From contig CAYLOJ010000002.1 of the NCBI GenBank assembly GCA_964385285.1, positions 67,246 to 131,245 of the forward strand: DNA of 64,000 nt, given 5' to 3'. The notes beneath the pieces are model-generated. The model was not told where the DNA came from, did not search any database, and saw only the letters and a list, made by a program, of their open reading frames with translations. This DNA is from an uncultured Gammaproteobacteria bacterium (GTDB lineage: Bacteria; Patescibacteriota; Patescibacteriia; UBA9570). Shown here one piece after another: positions 10,019 through 20,975 of the stretch; positions within the stretch are counted from its first letter, which is position 1; every line of letters begins with the position of its first letter. The translations under genes and the position numbers were made by a program.

Positions 10019-13000
10019 AAAAACATACACTGAAACGTGCCATACAACTCTTCGCCATTTCCAGTTTTGGTTGGGTAATCAGTGCCCAGTTTGCCTTTGC
10101 TCAAGTGAATACTGCGTATGACGGGTTTATTTTGGGTGACGCTTCTCCTATCGATATTATTATTGCCATTATCAACTGGACCTTGGCCATTTTGGCGTTG
10201 ATCGCAGTAGTGATTGTGCTCTGGGGTGGGCTCACCTGGATGTTTTCCCAGGGAGATGAAGAAAAAATTAGTAAAGCCAAGGCCATCTTAAGAAATGGCG
10301 TGATTGGTTTGACTATCGTTTTGGCAGCCTGGGGGATCGCCACCTATGTGATTAACCTATTTTTAGATCTAACTGACGCCTCCACAGCTGATTACATTCC
10401 ACCAGGGGACGTTTATGAACCATCCGATGGCTCACCATTTTATGTGGATCATTCTAATCCACGTGATAATGAGGAGGATGTTCCGCTTTGTCATATTGTT
10501 GCGGTCACGTTTTCGTATCCAGTGAATGAAACATCGATTACTGATAATTCATTCCAAGTCACTGTTGCCCAAGATGCCGCTTCGAATCCAGATGGTGGTC
10601 GTGGTAATAATGAAAGTTGTGCGGATGATGTTCAGTGTTTGTCTGGGATCTGTTCGGATAGTGGTGTTTGTTCAGGTGATCGTGTGGAAGGTTCGTTTGC
10701 CTTTTCTGAGAGTGATTATGCTGCAGTATTTTACCCAGCGGCAGATTATCTAGCTGACACCTTGTACGAAGTAGAATTAAGTACCAGTGTCGAAGGAATT
10801 AATCCAGATACCGGTGCTGTCTATAATCTAACCGCTGGCGATCCGAAGCGCATCTTCAATTTCACTACTGGTAGTAGTACGGATGATATCCCACCAAAGG
10901 TTGATGTCACCAGCGTGACTCCATATCCAAGCGATGGCGATACAGACATGTGTTTGAATCCGACGATTCAGGTATCCTTTTCGGAGAGTTTAGATCCAGC
11001 ATCACCATCCGACGAAAATGTTTGGTTGTATCAAGATATCGCAAGTGGCCCGAGTGATAGTTTAAATATTTCCTCCATTCGATTAACCAGTATTGGTGGT
11101 GAGGCAGATGATACGATCGTCACTTCACCGCAACAAGAATTATCTGAATTTACTGAGTACGGTTTGAATCTATATAGTGGCGATTCGACAACGGAAACAT
11201 TTGAAGGTGGAATTTATGATACGTGTGGTAATCCACTAAGTGGTGATTTTGATGATGACATGGAAGGTAGCCCGATTGATGATTTTGCGGACCCAACCTC
11301 AGCCGGGCTGGAGCAGGCCTTCTGCAGTTGTCTATCCGGTACAGATACGTGCAATGTTGCCGTGGGTGCCGATAGTTGTGCAATCGATGCGGACACCACC
11401 TGTACGTTAGATACGACTTGTTCAGATACGAGTGATGATTATGTAGGGTTTTCGTATCAATGGACCTTTACGACAGGGGATGAACCCTATTGTATTCCTG
11501 ATATCGAAACCATTAGCCAAGAAGATTATTACTATAGTGAAGATTTAGCACCCACTGGTGCAACAGGTAGTGAAGATAGCGGCAAAGTATTGCTGACTGG
11601 TAGCTATCTCTATCCATTCTATGATTTAGATTTCACAAACAACATGTCAGCGGCTGGTATGAACTGTTTCGACACAGATCATGCTGCGAACATGTCCTGT
11701 TTTGTCAGTAATGTTGGTAGTTCTATTATTACTGTGCGTACGCCTGTGCCAAGTCAAACGGGTCGTATTAGTGTTGAGAATAACAACGGTTCAGATTACT
11801 CTTCACAATCAGCGATTATTGATTCGCCATTTATCTTAAATAGTTCACCAACGGGCGGTCCAGCTGGGCAATATGTGACCATTCGTGGCAACAACTTTTT
11901 AGATTACGATCCAGAGGATCCATCGAGCAGCCGTGGCCAAGTATTCTTTGATGATGTTGAAGCTGAGGTTTTGTGTACAGATGGTTGGGATGATGATCAA
12001 ATTATTGTCCGTGTACCTGATGGTTTTGCCGTAGATGCACAACCATTAATGCAAGTCATCACCACTGAAGGTCGCTATAGTAACCAGGAGGGATTTGCCA
12101 TAACGGATGGTGAACCGGGTCCTGGGCTTTGTGAAATTGTGCCGAGCTGCAGCGATACAGGATTAGATGACATTACTGCCGTCGGTGAAAATTTTGGTGC
12201 AGATGGCACGGTCTATTTTGATCCGAGTGATGGTGATTATGTGGAAGGTGTCGTGAGTCAATGGGATGTTTACAATCCTACTTATGCTAGCCAAACTGTG
12301 GTGACAGACTCTACTCCTGTGACGGAGCGTGACGTGTACAATTTTACTGCTGCAAACAATGATGGGATTAGTAACGGTTTAGATTTTGAGATTACCTGTT
12401 CAGAGCCACCAAGTTTATTGCAGTATTTTCAATGCGATCTTGAAGCCGATACTTATTATTTGCCGAATCCAACGAATTATTCAGACAATGCCTGTGTGAA
12501 TAGTGTGGTGTATTTTGGATTCACCAATGCGATGGATGATACCTCAGTGGAGAATAATACAGCTGTGTATCGCTGCAATAACGATGATCAATTTGATGAT
12601 AGTGCCTGTACGACTAGAATCGATGGTTCATATGTGTCCGATTATCTGAATGCTGCTTATATCGGTGGAGATAGTGCTGAATTGCTGAACGGCACGCGAG
12701 ATATTGATGCCGACGGCGATACCGATGCAAGCGATGCATACAGCGCGTACACATTCTATCCTGACGGTGGTTTTGCAGCTGGCTACTACTATAAAGTGGA
12801 TGTTCCAATCACGACAACGAATCGTGACGGCGTACAATTAGATTCTGATTATAGTTGGCATTTCCAGGTTCGTGATGACGCTACCAACTGTGTGGCTGAT
12901 TATCTGGCGTTATCCCCGGCCACTGAACGTGTGAATTCCTACGATAGTTACGATGCTTGTATTGATAACACTACTTTTGAAGGAACTAGTTATTCTTTCC

Positions 13001-16000
13001 GCGCTCGTCCAGCTACTGCAGAATGTCTAGTACTAGATGATGCAGGGGATTACGAATGGGAGATTACTCAACCTGCCTCGACGGATATTCTAAAATTTGG
13101 CGATAATGAAACGAGCGGTGATAACCCCGGCACAAGCACTTCAGATACATCTACAATCGGATACAATACGGTCTGTTTACAAGGCGAAGAGGAAGATAAT
13201 GACGGTTTAGCAACTGTCAGTGCTAGCTTGCTGGATCCTGCCGATGGCAGCGTAGCCGCCAGTGACAGTTCAGATGTTGAAGTGGATTTTGGTTATTGCA
13301 CTCAAGATAGTGATTGTTATACCGATTCCTGTCGTGATACTTATTGTGATGCCGTCACATCACACTGTGCACCCGATATTACAAGTTTCACACCAGACAA
13401 TGCTTCCGGAGCTGATGTTGGTCCCGGTGGATGCGTTAGCTTAAATGGCTGTTACTTTGGATCGAGTCAAGATGAGGGTGGTTCCTGCACCTGTACCGAC
13501 TTAAGTAGTGAAGAAACCTGTACGATTGATGAAGGTGGAGTTGCTTGTTTATTACAAGGCGCTATTGATAGCTGCACATTAGGTCAAGATTTTTGTACAC
13601 TCGATAGCACCTGTTCCACCGAATCGGCATCAGCGAATTATGATTTAGGGTTTTTCCGTGGGTGTGATTGTACGACGACAGAAACCTCGCCGCGCACCTG
13701 TCGCGTGGCTGAGGGCGAAACTCAATGTGAGGTTGCTGGCACAGAAACCTGTTCTCCAACCATGACAGCATCGAACGGCACCTATACCGCTGGAGGTAGT
13801 GGTGAGGTCGCATTTGATACGACTACTGCATCCTATCCTTCGACGGTGATCTGTGGAGACGTTTGGGATCAAGATCAAGTGATTGTACAAGTGCCTGCCG
13901 ATGGTTCTGTTGCACCTGGTGACTACGCATTGAATTTAACTAGCTACTACGACTTGAGTGATACATATGGTACGGCATCCGGAGACGCTAGTGATTGTAC
14001 CGTCGGTAGTGATCCAACAGCATGTCTGTGTCGTGTCGATCCAGACTCTGGTCATGAAGGTGATACTAGTGATCTATACGGTGAGAACTTTAGTGTGCTA
14101 AGCGGGCATAACGAAAAAGTTACTTTTGATGGTCCATTAAGTAGGGTTGAAACAGATGGCACTGAGACCTGGGTAGACGATAATGTGATTACTAGTGCAG
14201 TTGTCCCGGATGGGGCGGTTAGTAGCGATGATGGTGTGCAATTGGAAAGTGATGTTGGCGATAGTAATGCACTGGATTATGCGGTCAGTTGCAGCTCCAA
14301 TTTAGATTGCGCAACAGGTTGTTGTAGCGCTGGCCAGTGTTCTTCAGCCGAGATTTGCAATGCATGTGAAAATGATACCGATTGTTCTTATGGACAATGT
14401 GCATCGGCTTGTGTAAGTGGTACTTGTGCCCCTTATATTTATGAGGTTAGTCCAGATACAGGCGCAGTAGGCCAGCCAGTTACGTTCCAAGGTTGCCATT
14501 TAGGAACTTACTATGACCCATCGCTTTACACTCCTGGCAGTCAGGTGACCATAGATGGTATCGTTGCTGACTTAGCTTGTAATGCAACGGATTCTTGGAA
14601 TAACTTACGCGTCATTGCAACCATTCCAGATGGCGTTTTCTCCGATGCAACTACAGACAGTGCCTTAGCACAAATTCAGCAGGTCTCTACGAGTAATGGT
14701 ACTCAAGTTGCTCAATTGAGTAATCAAGTACAATTTAATCGAGATGATAGTTGTTCTGAGGTCAATCTTCCAGTTTTGTGCGATGCGGACCCAGCGTATA
14801 GTCCGGTGCAAACATTGGCAGATAGCGTTGCAAATATAGAATTGAGTGGTGAAAATTTTAATGATGAATCGGATGGCTATTGCACCTGTACAACGGATTT
14901 AGGAGATTGCGATATTGATGAAGGTGGCACCTCCTGCACCGTCAGTAGCTCTACTACCTATTATGTGAATCCGGACTTTAGTTCCGAAACTTGCGCTGAT
15001 GGTAGTGTGGGTGCCGCTACTTCGAATGCGTATAGTTACTACGATGGCACGCTTGGATATTGTGTCTATACAGATCCGGATGACAGTAGTATTACCTGTA
15101 ACATTGCGGTTGGCGCCAGTACGTGTACGATTAGTAGCTCCGATACTTGTTACGCAGATGAAGCTGATCCAACTACAACTTGCACTGCGGCACTATCTAA
15201 TTTTACTGCGTTAGATGGCTCGGTACAGTACTTTGATGATCTAGAGGCCACGATTGATTGGTCTCAATACTATAGTACTCAATATATTACTGACGTTCCT
15301 GAGGGTAGTGAGACGGGCGATGTTCAAGCCATTGCTACGACCTCAGCGGGTACGCAATGCACTAGTAATGGACTGGAGTTTCCGGTTACCTGCTCAAGCT
15401 GTGGCGAATGTGGCAGTACACGCACTAATGCTCTGAACTGTAATTTAGAATATGATCCTGCCTTTGGCAGTTGCACAGCGGACACCACCGGTTTCTGTCG
15501 TGCCAATACGGGTTCCTGCTGTAACCAAACGAGTTGTTCGTATGATTCCAACGTATCCGATACTGAAGATTTAGGTACCTGTGAAGCACAGCCGTTACTT
15601 GAATTTGATGATCAGGACGCCGATGGCATGAGTGACGATTATGAGTTAACGTTAGGTGGTTATGACAGCACATTGCAGGATACGGATGGCGACGGAACCA
15701 TCGATTCTGATGAGAGTGGTTTATTCAACAATAATAATGCCTTAACAACAATTGACTCCGTAACGTATCCTACACCAAATGCCACTGATGTGTGTTCGAA
15801 TGCAGAGATTAAAATTCAATTCAATCAACCAATTACGACCAGTGACGTATTTAATCTAAACGATAATGATGTGACCGCCGATGATCCTGATACGGATATC
15901 GATGAGTCCGTGGTAGATGATTTGTTTACTGATGATGTAGCCCCCGAAGATATTGATTTTACAGACTATATCTATTTGCGTGCAGCCACGGGAGCTGACC

Positions 16001-18255
16001 CACTAACCAATAACACTACCGTGTTAAGTCATATTAGTATTTCTAGTGACGGTACGGTATTAACGCTGGAGCGCAATCGCAACATCGGGTTTAGTCGGGA
16101 TTTTGAAATCATTATCCGCAGTAATGATGCGGTTGTTGGTGGAACAGATCATCACTCAGGAATTGTAGATGCCGAAACCGGTGTCGCAGTTGGTTGCACA
16201 ACAGAAATGGATACGCTTGGCTTATGTAATGAGGGTTATATTCGCTATACCTTCACTACCAGTAGTCGGTCAGTGTATGAAGATAGTTGTGGCCCCTCTT
16301 ATGTATTGTTAGAAGCAGATAGTCAGTCGTTTATGGATAAAGACTATACCTTTAGTGAATCTGGCCAAGAGGAAGATATGAATGCCACCGTTTACGCTGT
16401 AGGTGTGGATGGTTATGCTGACAACGGCTTAACAGATGCCAACAGTGATGGTGTAGATGACGGAGTAGATGATCAACCGATCACTCGTATTGATGATGGC
16501 GTGGATGCTGGTTTTTGGTGGGAGTATGCCTGGGATCCTATTTATGACACCCTAGAAGATTTAGAAGCCGCTGCTTGTCCTGTGGCTGGCATTATCACTG
16601 AGGATGAAGCCGGCAGCTGTAGTTGTGAGATCACAGAAAGTTGTACGATTGCTTTGGGTAGTGAATCGTGCACAACTGGTAATGGCGTGACCTGTTATAC
16701 CGATTCACCGAATGCAGTTTGTGACGCGTTTGATTCAAACTATTCTGCATCCGGTTGTGCTTGTACCGTTGAAGATAGTTGCACAATGTTGGCGGCTGAA
16801 GCGAGCTGCACAACAGACGTGAATGGTACGGATGTAGAGTGTTCTACTGATTCCAGTTCGGCAGTGTGTGACGCAGGTGACACTAATTGGAGCGATGGTA
16901 GCTTTATTGAAGATGAGGCTACTCAAACGTTGACTTCTGATACCCCAGATGCCAACGCGGATAATACCGATACCGTGACCGTGACCGTGACAGGTAGTGG
17001 TTCTGTAGAAGATGGTTGGGGCAATAGCGGCGCCACTACTGATGATTTAACTGATAGCCTGCTCTACGATTTTGTCTACTGCAATCCAGATTATTTAGTC
17101 ACCTACAGCAATACGGCGTATAACTTCTATTGGTCATATTGTCGTGGTACGGATGCACAAAGTGAAAGTTTCTTACCAGAGTTTGACCAGGTCTTTAGTC
17201 GCAGCGATACCGCCATCGATACCGCCTACGGTAGTGATCAAGAATTTATCTATGAAGTAGGATTCAAAGATACACGTGCCGCTACGAATGATCCCACCAC
17301 CAATAATAATATTATTGTCTTGCGGGTTTATCCGAATGACTTAGATGCTGATCTCACTACGCCTGCCGATGCAGTCAATCCGGATCTTTGGTACTTACTT
17401 AACACCAATAATGCTGACGCGCAGACCGCAACCACAACAGTTGATGGGTATGATGCGGTAGAAGTAGGGAATACTGTATATGTCGCTGCCAGTAATTTAG
17501 ATGATACTTCAAGTGTGATTGCGCCGTATGTGTATGTCGTAGCTTACAGTACTGATGCCAGCGAGGAAACGGTGAGCGCTGCCGAGGCTCTCTTGGACGG
17601 CTTCAAATTTAATCGCAATACTACATTGTCGGATGAATGTGCGATTGAAAAGAGTAAATTAGTGGAAGATACTGACCGTGTGACTGATTTAGGGTCAGTA
17701 GCCTATTTACTGAGCGGTTATTACTACAATGATTCCGATGCTAATGACACTGACGATTTCCCAGCTTTGGATAGTGGGTCCTATATTAGTGGTCTAACAA
17801 CATCTGTTTGGCCATCCTGGGCAGATAATCTTGGAGACGAACTAGGACAGGCTCTGCCAACAGATCCAACCAACACATTTAATGATGCCAGTGTTCAATG
17901 TCCGTATGATCCACCAGATTTATCTATTGGTGAAACAGCAGGGACATATTATGACGAGTCTGGTACGTGTTGGGATCCAGTGTTGAAGGATTTCAACGGA
18001 CCTGCAGAATCGCATGTCTACCTCTATCAATATCAAGATGCAGATAACTTCGCTTTGTATTCTAACTTAGAGTACGATGGAACGGGTACGTGGATTAGCG
18101 GTAGTTATAATCCTTGCGATCAGTATGTGGACGGCACTAACGTAGCTACAAGTATTAGTGATTATTCGGATAATGGTTGCAAAACATTTGATTACGCAGT
18201 CGACAATAGTTTGACGACTGATAATACCGTCTATGCCGACCTTTTCGCCGATTGA
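10015..18255 (+). CDS. Giant (2746 aa) acidic Cys-rich surface protein: VirB2/TrbC-like pilin N-terminus, Ig-like (Big_5/IPT) domains, pilin/GspG-like C-terminus
   Basis: Signal peptide; IINW.L..L..IA....WGG..WM.SQGDEEKI.KAK.IL.NGVIGL.IVL.AW; Ig repeats (P.....V.....I...FS, G..VTI.G.NF, WDDDQI.V.VP); C-terminal D..R..DL..YY..FP..WPSW..LPTDP. Confidence 0.8.
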   Translation: MKKHTLKRAIQLFAISSFGWVISAQFAFAQVNTAYDGFILGDASPIDIIIAIINWTLAILALIAVVIVLWGGLTWMFSQGDEEKISKAKAILRNGVIGLTIVLAAWGIATYVINLFLDLTDASTADYIPPGDVYEPSDGSPFYVDHSNPRDNEEDVPLCHIVAVTFSYPVNETSITDNSFQVTVAQDAASNPDGGRGNNESCADDVQCLSGICSDSGVCSGDRVEGSFAFSESDYAAVFYPAADYLADTLYEVELSTSVEGINPDTGAVYNLTAGDPKRIFNFTTGSSTDDIPPKVDVTSVTPYPSDGDTDMCLNPTIQVSFSESLDPASPSDENVWLYQDIASGPSDSLNISSIRLTSIGGEADDTIVTSPQQELSEFTEYGLNLYSGDSTTETFEGGIYDTCGNPLSGDFDDDMEGSPIDDFADPTSAGLEQAFCSCLSGTDTCNVAVGADSCAIDADTTCTLDTTCSDTSDDYVGFSYQWTFTTGDEPYCIPDIETISQEDYYYSEDLAPTGATGSEDSGKVLLTGSYLYPFYDLDFTNNMSAAGMNCFDTDHAANMSCFVSNVGSSIITVRTPVPSQTGRISVENNNGSDYSSQSAIIDSPFILNSSPTGGPAGQYVTIRGNNFLDYDPEDPSSSRGQVFFDDVEAEVLCTDGWDDDQIIVRVPDGFAVDAQPLMQVITTEGRYSNQEGFAITDGEPGPGLCEIVPSCSDTGLDDITAVGENFGADGTVYFDPSDGDYVEGVVSQWDVYNPTYASQTVVTDSTPVTERDVYNFTAANNDGISNGLDFEITCSEPPSLLQYFQCDLEADTYYLPNPTNYSDNACVNSVVYFGFTNAMDDTSVENNTAVYRCNNDDQFDDSACTTRIDGSYVSDYLNAAYIGGDSAELLNGTRDIDADGDTDASDAYSAYTFYPDGGFAAGYYYKVDVPITTTNRDGVQLDSDYSWHFQVRDDATNCVADYLALSPATERVNSYDSYDACIDNTTFEGTSYSFRARPATAECLVLDDAGDYEWEITQPASTDILKFGDNETSGDNPGTSTSDTSTIGYNTVCLQGEEEDNDGLATVSASLLDPADGSVAASDSSDVEVDFGYCTQDSDCYTDSCRDTYCDAVTSHCAPDITSFTPDNASGADVGPGGCVSLNGCYFGSSQDEGGSCTCTDLSSEETCTIDEGGVACLLQGAIDSCTLGQDFCTLDSTCSTESASANYDLGFFRGCDCTTTETSPRTCRVAEGETQCEVAGTETCSPTMTASNGTYTAGGSGEVAFDTTTASYPSTVICGDVWDQDQVIVQVPADGSVAPGDYALNLTSYYDLSDTYGTASGDASDCTVGSDPTACLCRVDPDSGHEGDTSDLYGENFSVLSGHNEKVTFDGPLSRVETDGTETWVDDNVITSAVVPDGAVSSDDGVQLESDVGDSNALDYAVSCSSNLDCATGCCSAGQCSSAEICNACENDTDCSYGQCASACVSGTCAPYIYEVSPDTGAVGQPVTFQGCHLGTYYDPSLYTPGSQVTIDGIVADLACNATDSWNNLRVIATIPDGVFSDATTDSALAQIQQVSTSNGTQVAQLSNQVQFNRDDSCSEVNLPVLCDADPAYSPVQTLADSVANIELSGENFNDESDGYCTCTTDLGDCDIDEGGTSCTVSSSTTYYVNPDFSSETCADGSVGAATSNAYSYYDGTLGYCVYTDPDDSSITCNIAVGASTCTISSSDTCYADEADPTTTCTAALSNFTALDGSVQYFDDLEATIDWSQYYSTQYITDVPEGSETGDVQAIATTSAGTQCTSNGLEFPVTCSSCGECGSTRTNALNCNLEYDPAFGSCTADTTGFCRANTGSCCNQTSCSYDSNVSDTEDLGTCEAQPLLEFDDQDADGMSDDYELTLGGYDSTLQDTDGDGTIDSDESGLFNNNNALTTIDSVTYPTPNATDVCSNAEIKIQFNQPITTSDVFNLNDNDVTADDPDTDIDESVVDDLFTDDVAPEDIDFTDYIYLRAATGADPLTNNTTVLSHISISSDGTVLTLERNRNIGFSRDFEIIIRSNDAVVGGTDHHSGIVDAETGVAVGCTTEMDTLGLCNEGYIRYTFTTSSRSVYEDSCGPSYVLLEADSQSFMDKDYTFSESGQEEDMNATVYAVGVDGYADNGLTDANSDGVDDGVDDQPITRIDDGVDAGFWWEYAWDPIYDTLEDLEAAACPVAGIITEDEAGSCSCEITESCTIALGSESCTTGNGVTCYTDSPNAVCDAFDSNYSASGCACTVEDSCTMLAAEASCTTDVNGTDVECSTDSSSAVCDAGDTNWSDGSFIEDEATQTLTSDTPDANADNTDTVTVTVTGSGSVEDGWGNSGATTDDLTDSLLYDFVYCNPDYLVTYSNTAYNFYWSYCRGTDAQSESFLPEFDQVFSRSDTAIDTAYGSDQEFIYEVGFKDTRAATNDPTTNNNIIVLRVYPNDLDADLTTPADAVNPDLWYLLNTNNADAQTATTTVDGYDAVEVGNTVYVAASNLDDTSSVIAPYVYVVAYSTDASEETVSAAEALLDGFKFNRNTTLSDECAIEKSKLVEDTDRVTDLGSVAYLLSGYYYNDSDANDTDDFPALDSGSYISGLTTSVWPSWADNLGDELGQALPTDPTNTFNDASVQCPYDPPDLSIGETAGTYYDESGTCWDPVLKDFNGPAESHVYLYQYQDADNFALYSNLEYDGTGTWISGSYNPCDQYVDGTNVATSISDYSDNGCKTFDYAVDNSLTTDNTVYADLFAD

Positions 18256-18895
18256 ACCCACGCCAAATTCTAACTCAGGGGAGCTTGAAGATATCTTTGA
18301 AGATGGCGGCAGCAATCTTTATAATTCGATTCAAACGCAAACTACTGAGCCGGAGTCTTCTGAACAGGATGCTCCAACTTACTCAGTTCAGTCTAGATCC
18401 AATGGGGGTAAGCGCCGGATCCTAATCATTGCCACTTGCGTTCTAGCTCTGCTACTATTAGGTAGTGGTGGGGTGGGATTGTGGCTTTGGCTACAGACCC
18501 GTCCTGCGCCTGATCCAAATCTGATCATCAACAATCCTGTAAATACGAATACGAACACGAATGTGAATACAGAAGAGACCAATACCAATGTGGTCACTGT
18601 TCCGGAAATACCAACCAATACAAACACTACTACCAATACAAACACACAGAACTTTGTTGATGTAGATCACGATGGCCTGTCGGATGAAGAAGAGCTAGTG
18701 GTGAATACCAATCCGAAAAAAAAGGATACCGATGAAGATGGTCTATCAGATCGCGAAGAGGTGAGAGTCTATAACACCGATCCACGTAATCCTGATACAG
18801 ATGGTGATGGCTATAGCGATGGAGATGAAGTGACTAATTTCTATCATCCCAATCACCCAGATCCAAAAAAACGATTATTCGACTTACCACAATAA
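18233..18895 (+). CDS. Single-pass membrane protein with Asn/Thr linker and TSP3-like Ca-binding repeats
   Basis: TM helix, NTNTN tract, D.D.DGLSD.EE repeats. Confidence 0.8.
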   Translation: MPTFSPIEPTPNSNSGELEDIFEDGGSNLYNSIQTQTTEPESSEQDAPTYSVQSRSNGGKRRILIIATCVLALLLLGSGGVGLWLWLQTRPAPDPNLIINNPVNTNTNTNVNTEETNTNVVTVPEIPTNTNTTTNTNTQNFVDVDHDGLSDEEELVVNTNPKKKDTDEDGLSDREEVRVYNTDPRNPDTDGDGYSDGDEVTNFYHPNHPDPKKRLFDLPQ

Positions 18896-18905
18896 CAACA
18901 TTCAT

Positions 18906-20189
18906 ATGGATTTTCCTCAACAGCCCCAAAGTACTACACCATTTCCCGCTGCGCCTCAGCAACCTACCACACCTCCGCCTTTCCCCAATGTGGCTCAGCC
19001 CGGTGGGATGGCTAGTCCGATGATGAATAATGGTCCAATGATGCCGCCGGCAGCTGGCCCCATGCCTGGTGCTACTATGCCACCGATGGGAGCTGTGTCA
19101 CCAAGTTCCACAGTACAGATTCCAATTCAAAGTCATCCAGCCACTTTATCGTCCGACGAGCAGGTTTATACGATGCCTGAGAAGTTTTTGTCTTCCACAG
19201 CCGCTCCTGTCGCGATGCGTCCAAAAAAATCGAATAAAACTGTAACCATTATCTTGGTAGTCCTCATTACGCTAATGATCTTGGCTGCCGTTGGTGGCGT
19301 CCTCTACTATTTCTTAGTGTTATCCAAACAATCTACCACAATCACCGATGCTCAAAATGCCGTTGTGGTGAATAATGCTAATGTAGTGACCAATGCAAAT
19401 AATAGTAATGCCAATACAAACAGTTTGAATCAGAATGGCAACGATAATGCCAATACCAATGCGAATGATAATACCAATACAAATGCCAATGGCAACACGA
19501 ATGTAGTTGCAAATGATAATACCAATACAGTCAATGCCAATACAAACACGAACAGCAATGCGAATGTGAACGCCAATGGCAATACGAATAGTGTTGCCAC
19601 TACCGTAGTTCCACCCAGTGCAAAAGATACGGATGAAGATAGTTTGACCAATGATGAAGAAAAAGTTTGGGGCACAAAGGCTGATCTGCCAGATACCGAT
19701 AATGATGGTTACGCTGATGGTGTAGAAGTATTAGCTGGCTATGATCCGACTAATCCTACCGGTCGTCTGGCTACTAGCGCTTTGGTTGGTACCTTTACGA
19801 ATAGTGAGTATGGCTACACGATGAGCTATCCAAAAGATTGGTTAGCAGAGGCGTTGGCAGAGGGAGATGCGAGTGAGGTGCTATTTACTCCGAATACTCT
19901 TGATCTGACTGGCCAATTTGTCGCGGTCACGGTGACTGCTAATCCGACAGGCCTAACAGCAGTAGATTGGTATACTGATACTGCTAATGTCGATGAAACA
20001 AAAGTTGAAGTGGTCACTAACTTTGCCGGCAAAACGGGAGTATGGAGCGCTGATCGTACTACGGCTTATTATGCAGATTCAAATCATGTCTACGCGGTAA
20101 GTTATCGTTATGGCAGTAGTGATGAACTCTATTTCCCGACAAGTTTTGAGATGATGGTCAAAAGCTTCACTTTAACGGCTGCCAACTAA
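18906..20189 (+). CDS. Single-pass membrane protein: Pro-rich N-terminus, Asn-rich linker, TSP3-like repeats, PsbP-like C-terminal domain
   Basis: TM helix; N/A/T tract; DTDNDGYADG; FTNSEYGYTMSYPKDW...FEMMVKSF. Confidence 0.75.
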   Translation: MDFPQQPQSTTPFPAAPQQPTTPPPFPNVAQPGGMASPMMNNGPMMPPAAGPMPGATMPPMGAVSPSSTVQIPIQSHPATLSSDEQVYTMPEKFLSSTAAPVAMRPKKSNKTVTIILVVLITLMILAAVGGVLYYFLVLSKQSTTITDAQNAVVVNNANVVTNANNSNANTNSLNQNGNDNANTNANDNTNTNANGNTNVVANDNTNTVNANTNTNSNANVNANGNTNSVATTVVPPSAKDTDEDSLTNDEEKVWGTKADLPDTDNDGYADGVEVLAGYDPTNPTGRLATSALVGTFTNSEYGYTMSYPKDWLAEALAEGDASEVLFTPNTLDLTGQFVAVTVTANPTGLTAVDWYTDTANVDETKVEVVTNFAGKTGVWSADRTTAYYADSNHVYAVSYRYGSSDELYFPTSFEMMVKSFTLTAAN

Positions 20190-20193
20190 GCGA

Positions 20194-20601
20194 ATGCATC
20201 TAGAAGTGCGCAGAGTCGTGAAAGCGCCATTGTTTACCCCTGCTTTTGCACGCCAGGTACTGCAGGCTGTACGCAAACAGGTGGACTTACCAAAAGCCTG
20301 GAGCGAATTGAGTGTGGTAGTGGTGGGGGATGCAACCATTCGTCGTTTGAACGCTCAGTATCGTCAACAGACTTATATCCCTGATGTCTTGTCGTTTCCC
20401 TACGGACAGGATGGTGGAGAGATTGTGATTGATTATGCCCAAGCCAGACGCCAAGCAGCCCAAAAGCAGGTGGCGCTAAAACATGAATTAGCTTGGTTGT
20501 TGGTCCATGGCATCCTACATGTGATGGGTTATGATCATGAAACGGCAGCTGATGCCAAAGTGATGCGTCCTTTAGAACAAAAGATTTTGCGCTATGTTTA
20601 A
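20194..20601 (+). CDS. ybeY: rRNA maturation RNase YbeY
   Basis: DVLSFP; HGILHVMGYDH. Confidence 0.95.
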   Translation: MHLEVRRVVKAPLFTPAFARQVLQAVRKQVDLPKAWSELSVVVVGDATIRRLNAQYRQQTYIPDVLSFPYGQDGGEIVIDYAQARRQAAQKQVALKHELAWLLVHGILHVMGYDHETAADAKVMRPLEQKILRYV

Positions 20602-20971
20602 GCTAAAGAAATTGCAGGCCAGTTTTCGCTATGCCTGTCAGGGATTGCTCTATGTTTGGCGTCAGGAGCAAAATTTTCGCATTCAGAGCGGCGTTGCCTT
20701 GTTGGTCGTGATTGGTATGTTAGTGTTTCGCGTTACGCTCGGGGAAGCCATTATCCTCACGATGATGATCATCTTCGTATTGGTACTAGAAGTGGTCAAT
20801 ACTATTTTTGAGAAATTGGTAGATATCTTAAAGCCACGTTTACACAGTTATGTTGGGGTAATTAAAGATATGATGGCCGCGACCGTCCTGTTAGCAGCCG
20901 CGGGGTCAGTCGCGATTGCCCTAATGGTGTTCATACCGTATTGCCTCGAATTACTGCAATTGCTACAATAG
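20594..20971 (+). CDS. dgkA: Diacylglycerol/undecaprenol kinase family protein
   Basis: SF.YA..GL, EQNFR, E..NT.FE..VD, KDM.AA.VL. Confidence 0.9.
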   Translation: MFKLKKLQASFRYACQGLLYVWRQEQNFRIQSGVALLVVIGMLVFRVTLGEAIILTMMIIFVLVLEVVNTIFEKLVDILKPRLHSYVGVIKDMMAATVLLAAAGSVAIALMVFIPYCLELLQLLQ

Positions 20972-20975
20972 AGCT

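Noticed and set aside
19360-19600. AAT/AAC-rich repetitive tract (also 18530-18650) as CRISPR or satellite
   Set aside because: In-frame Asn/Thr/Ala low-complexity linker; no fixed repeat-spacer periodicity and no cas genes.
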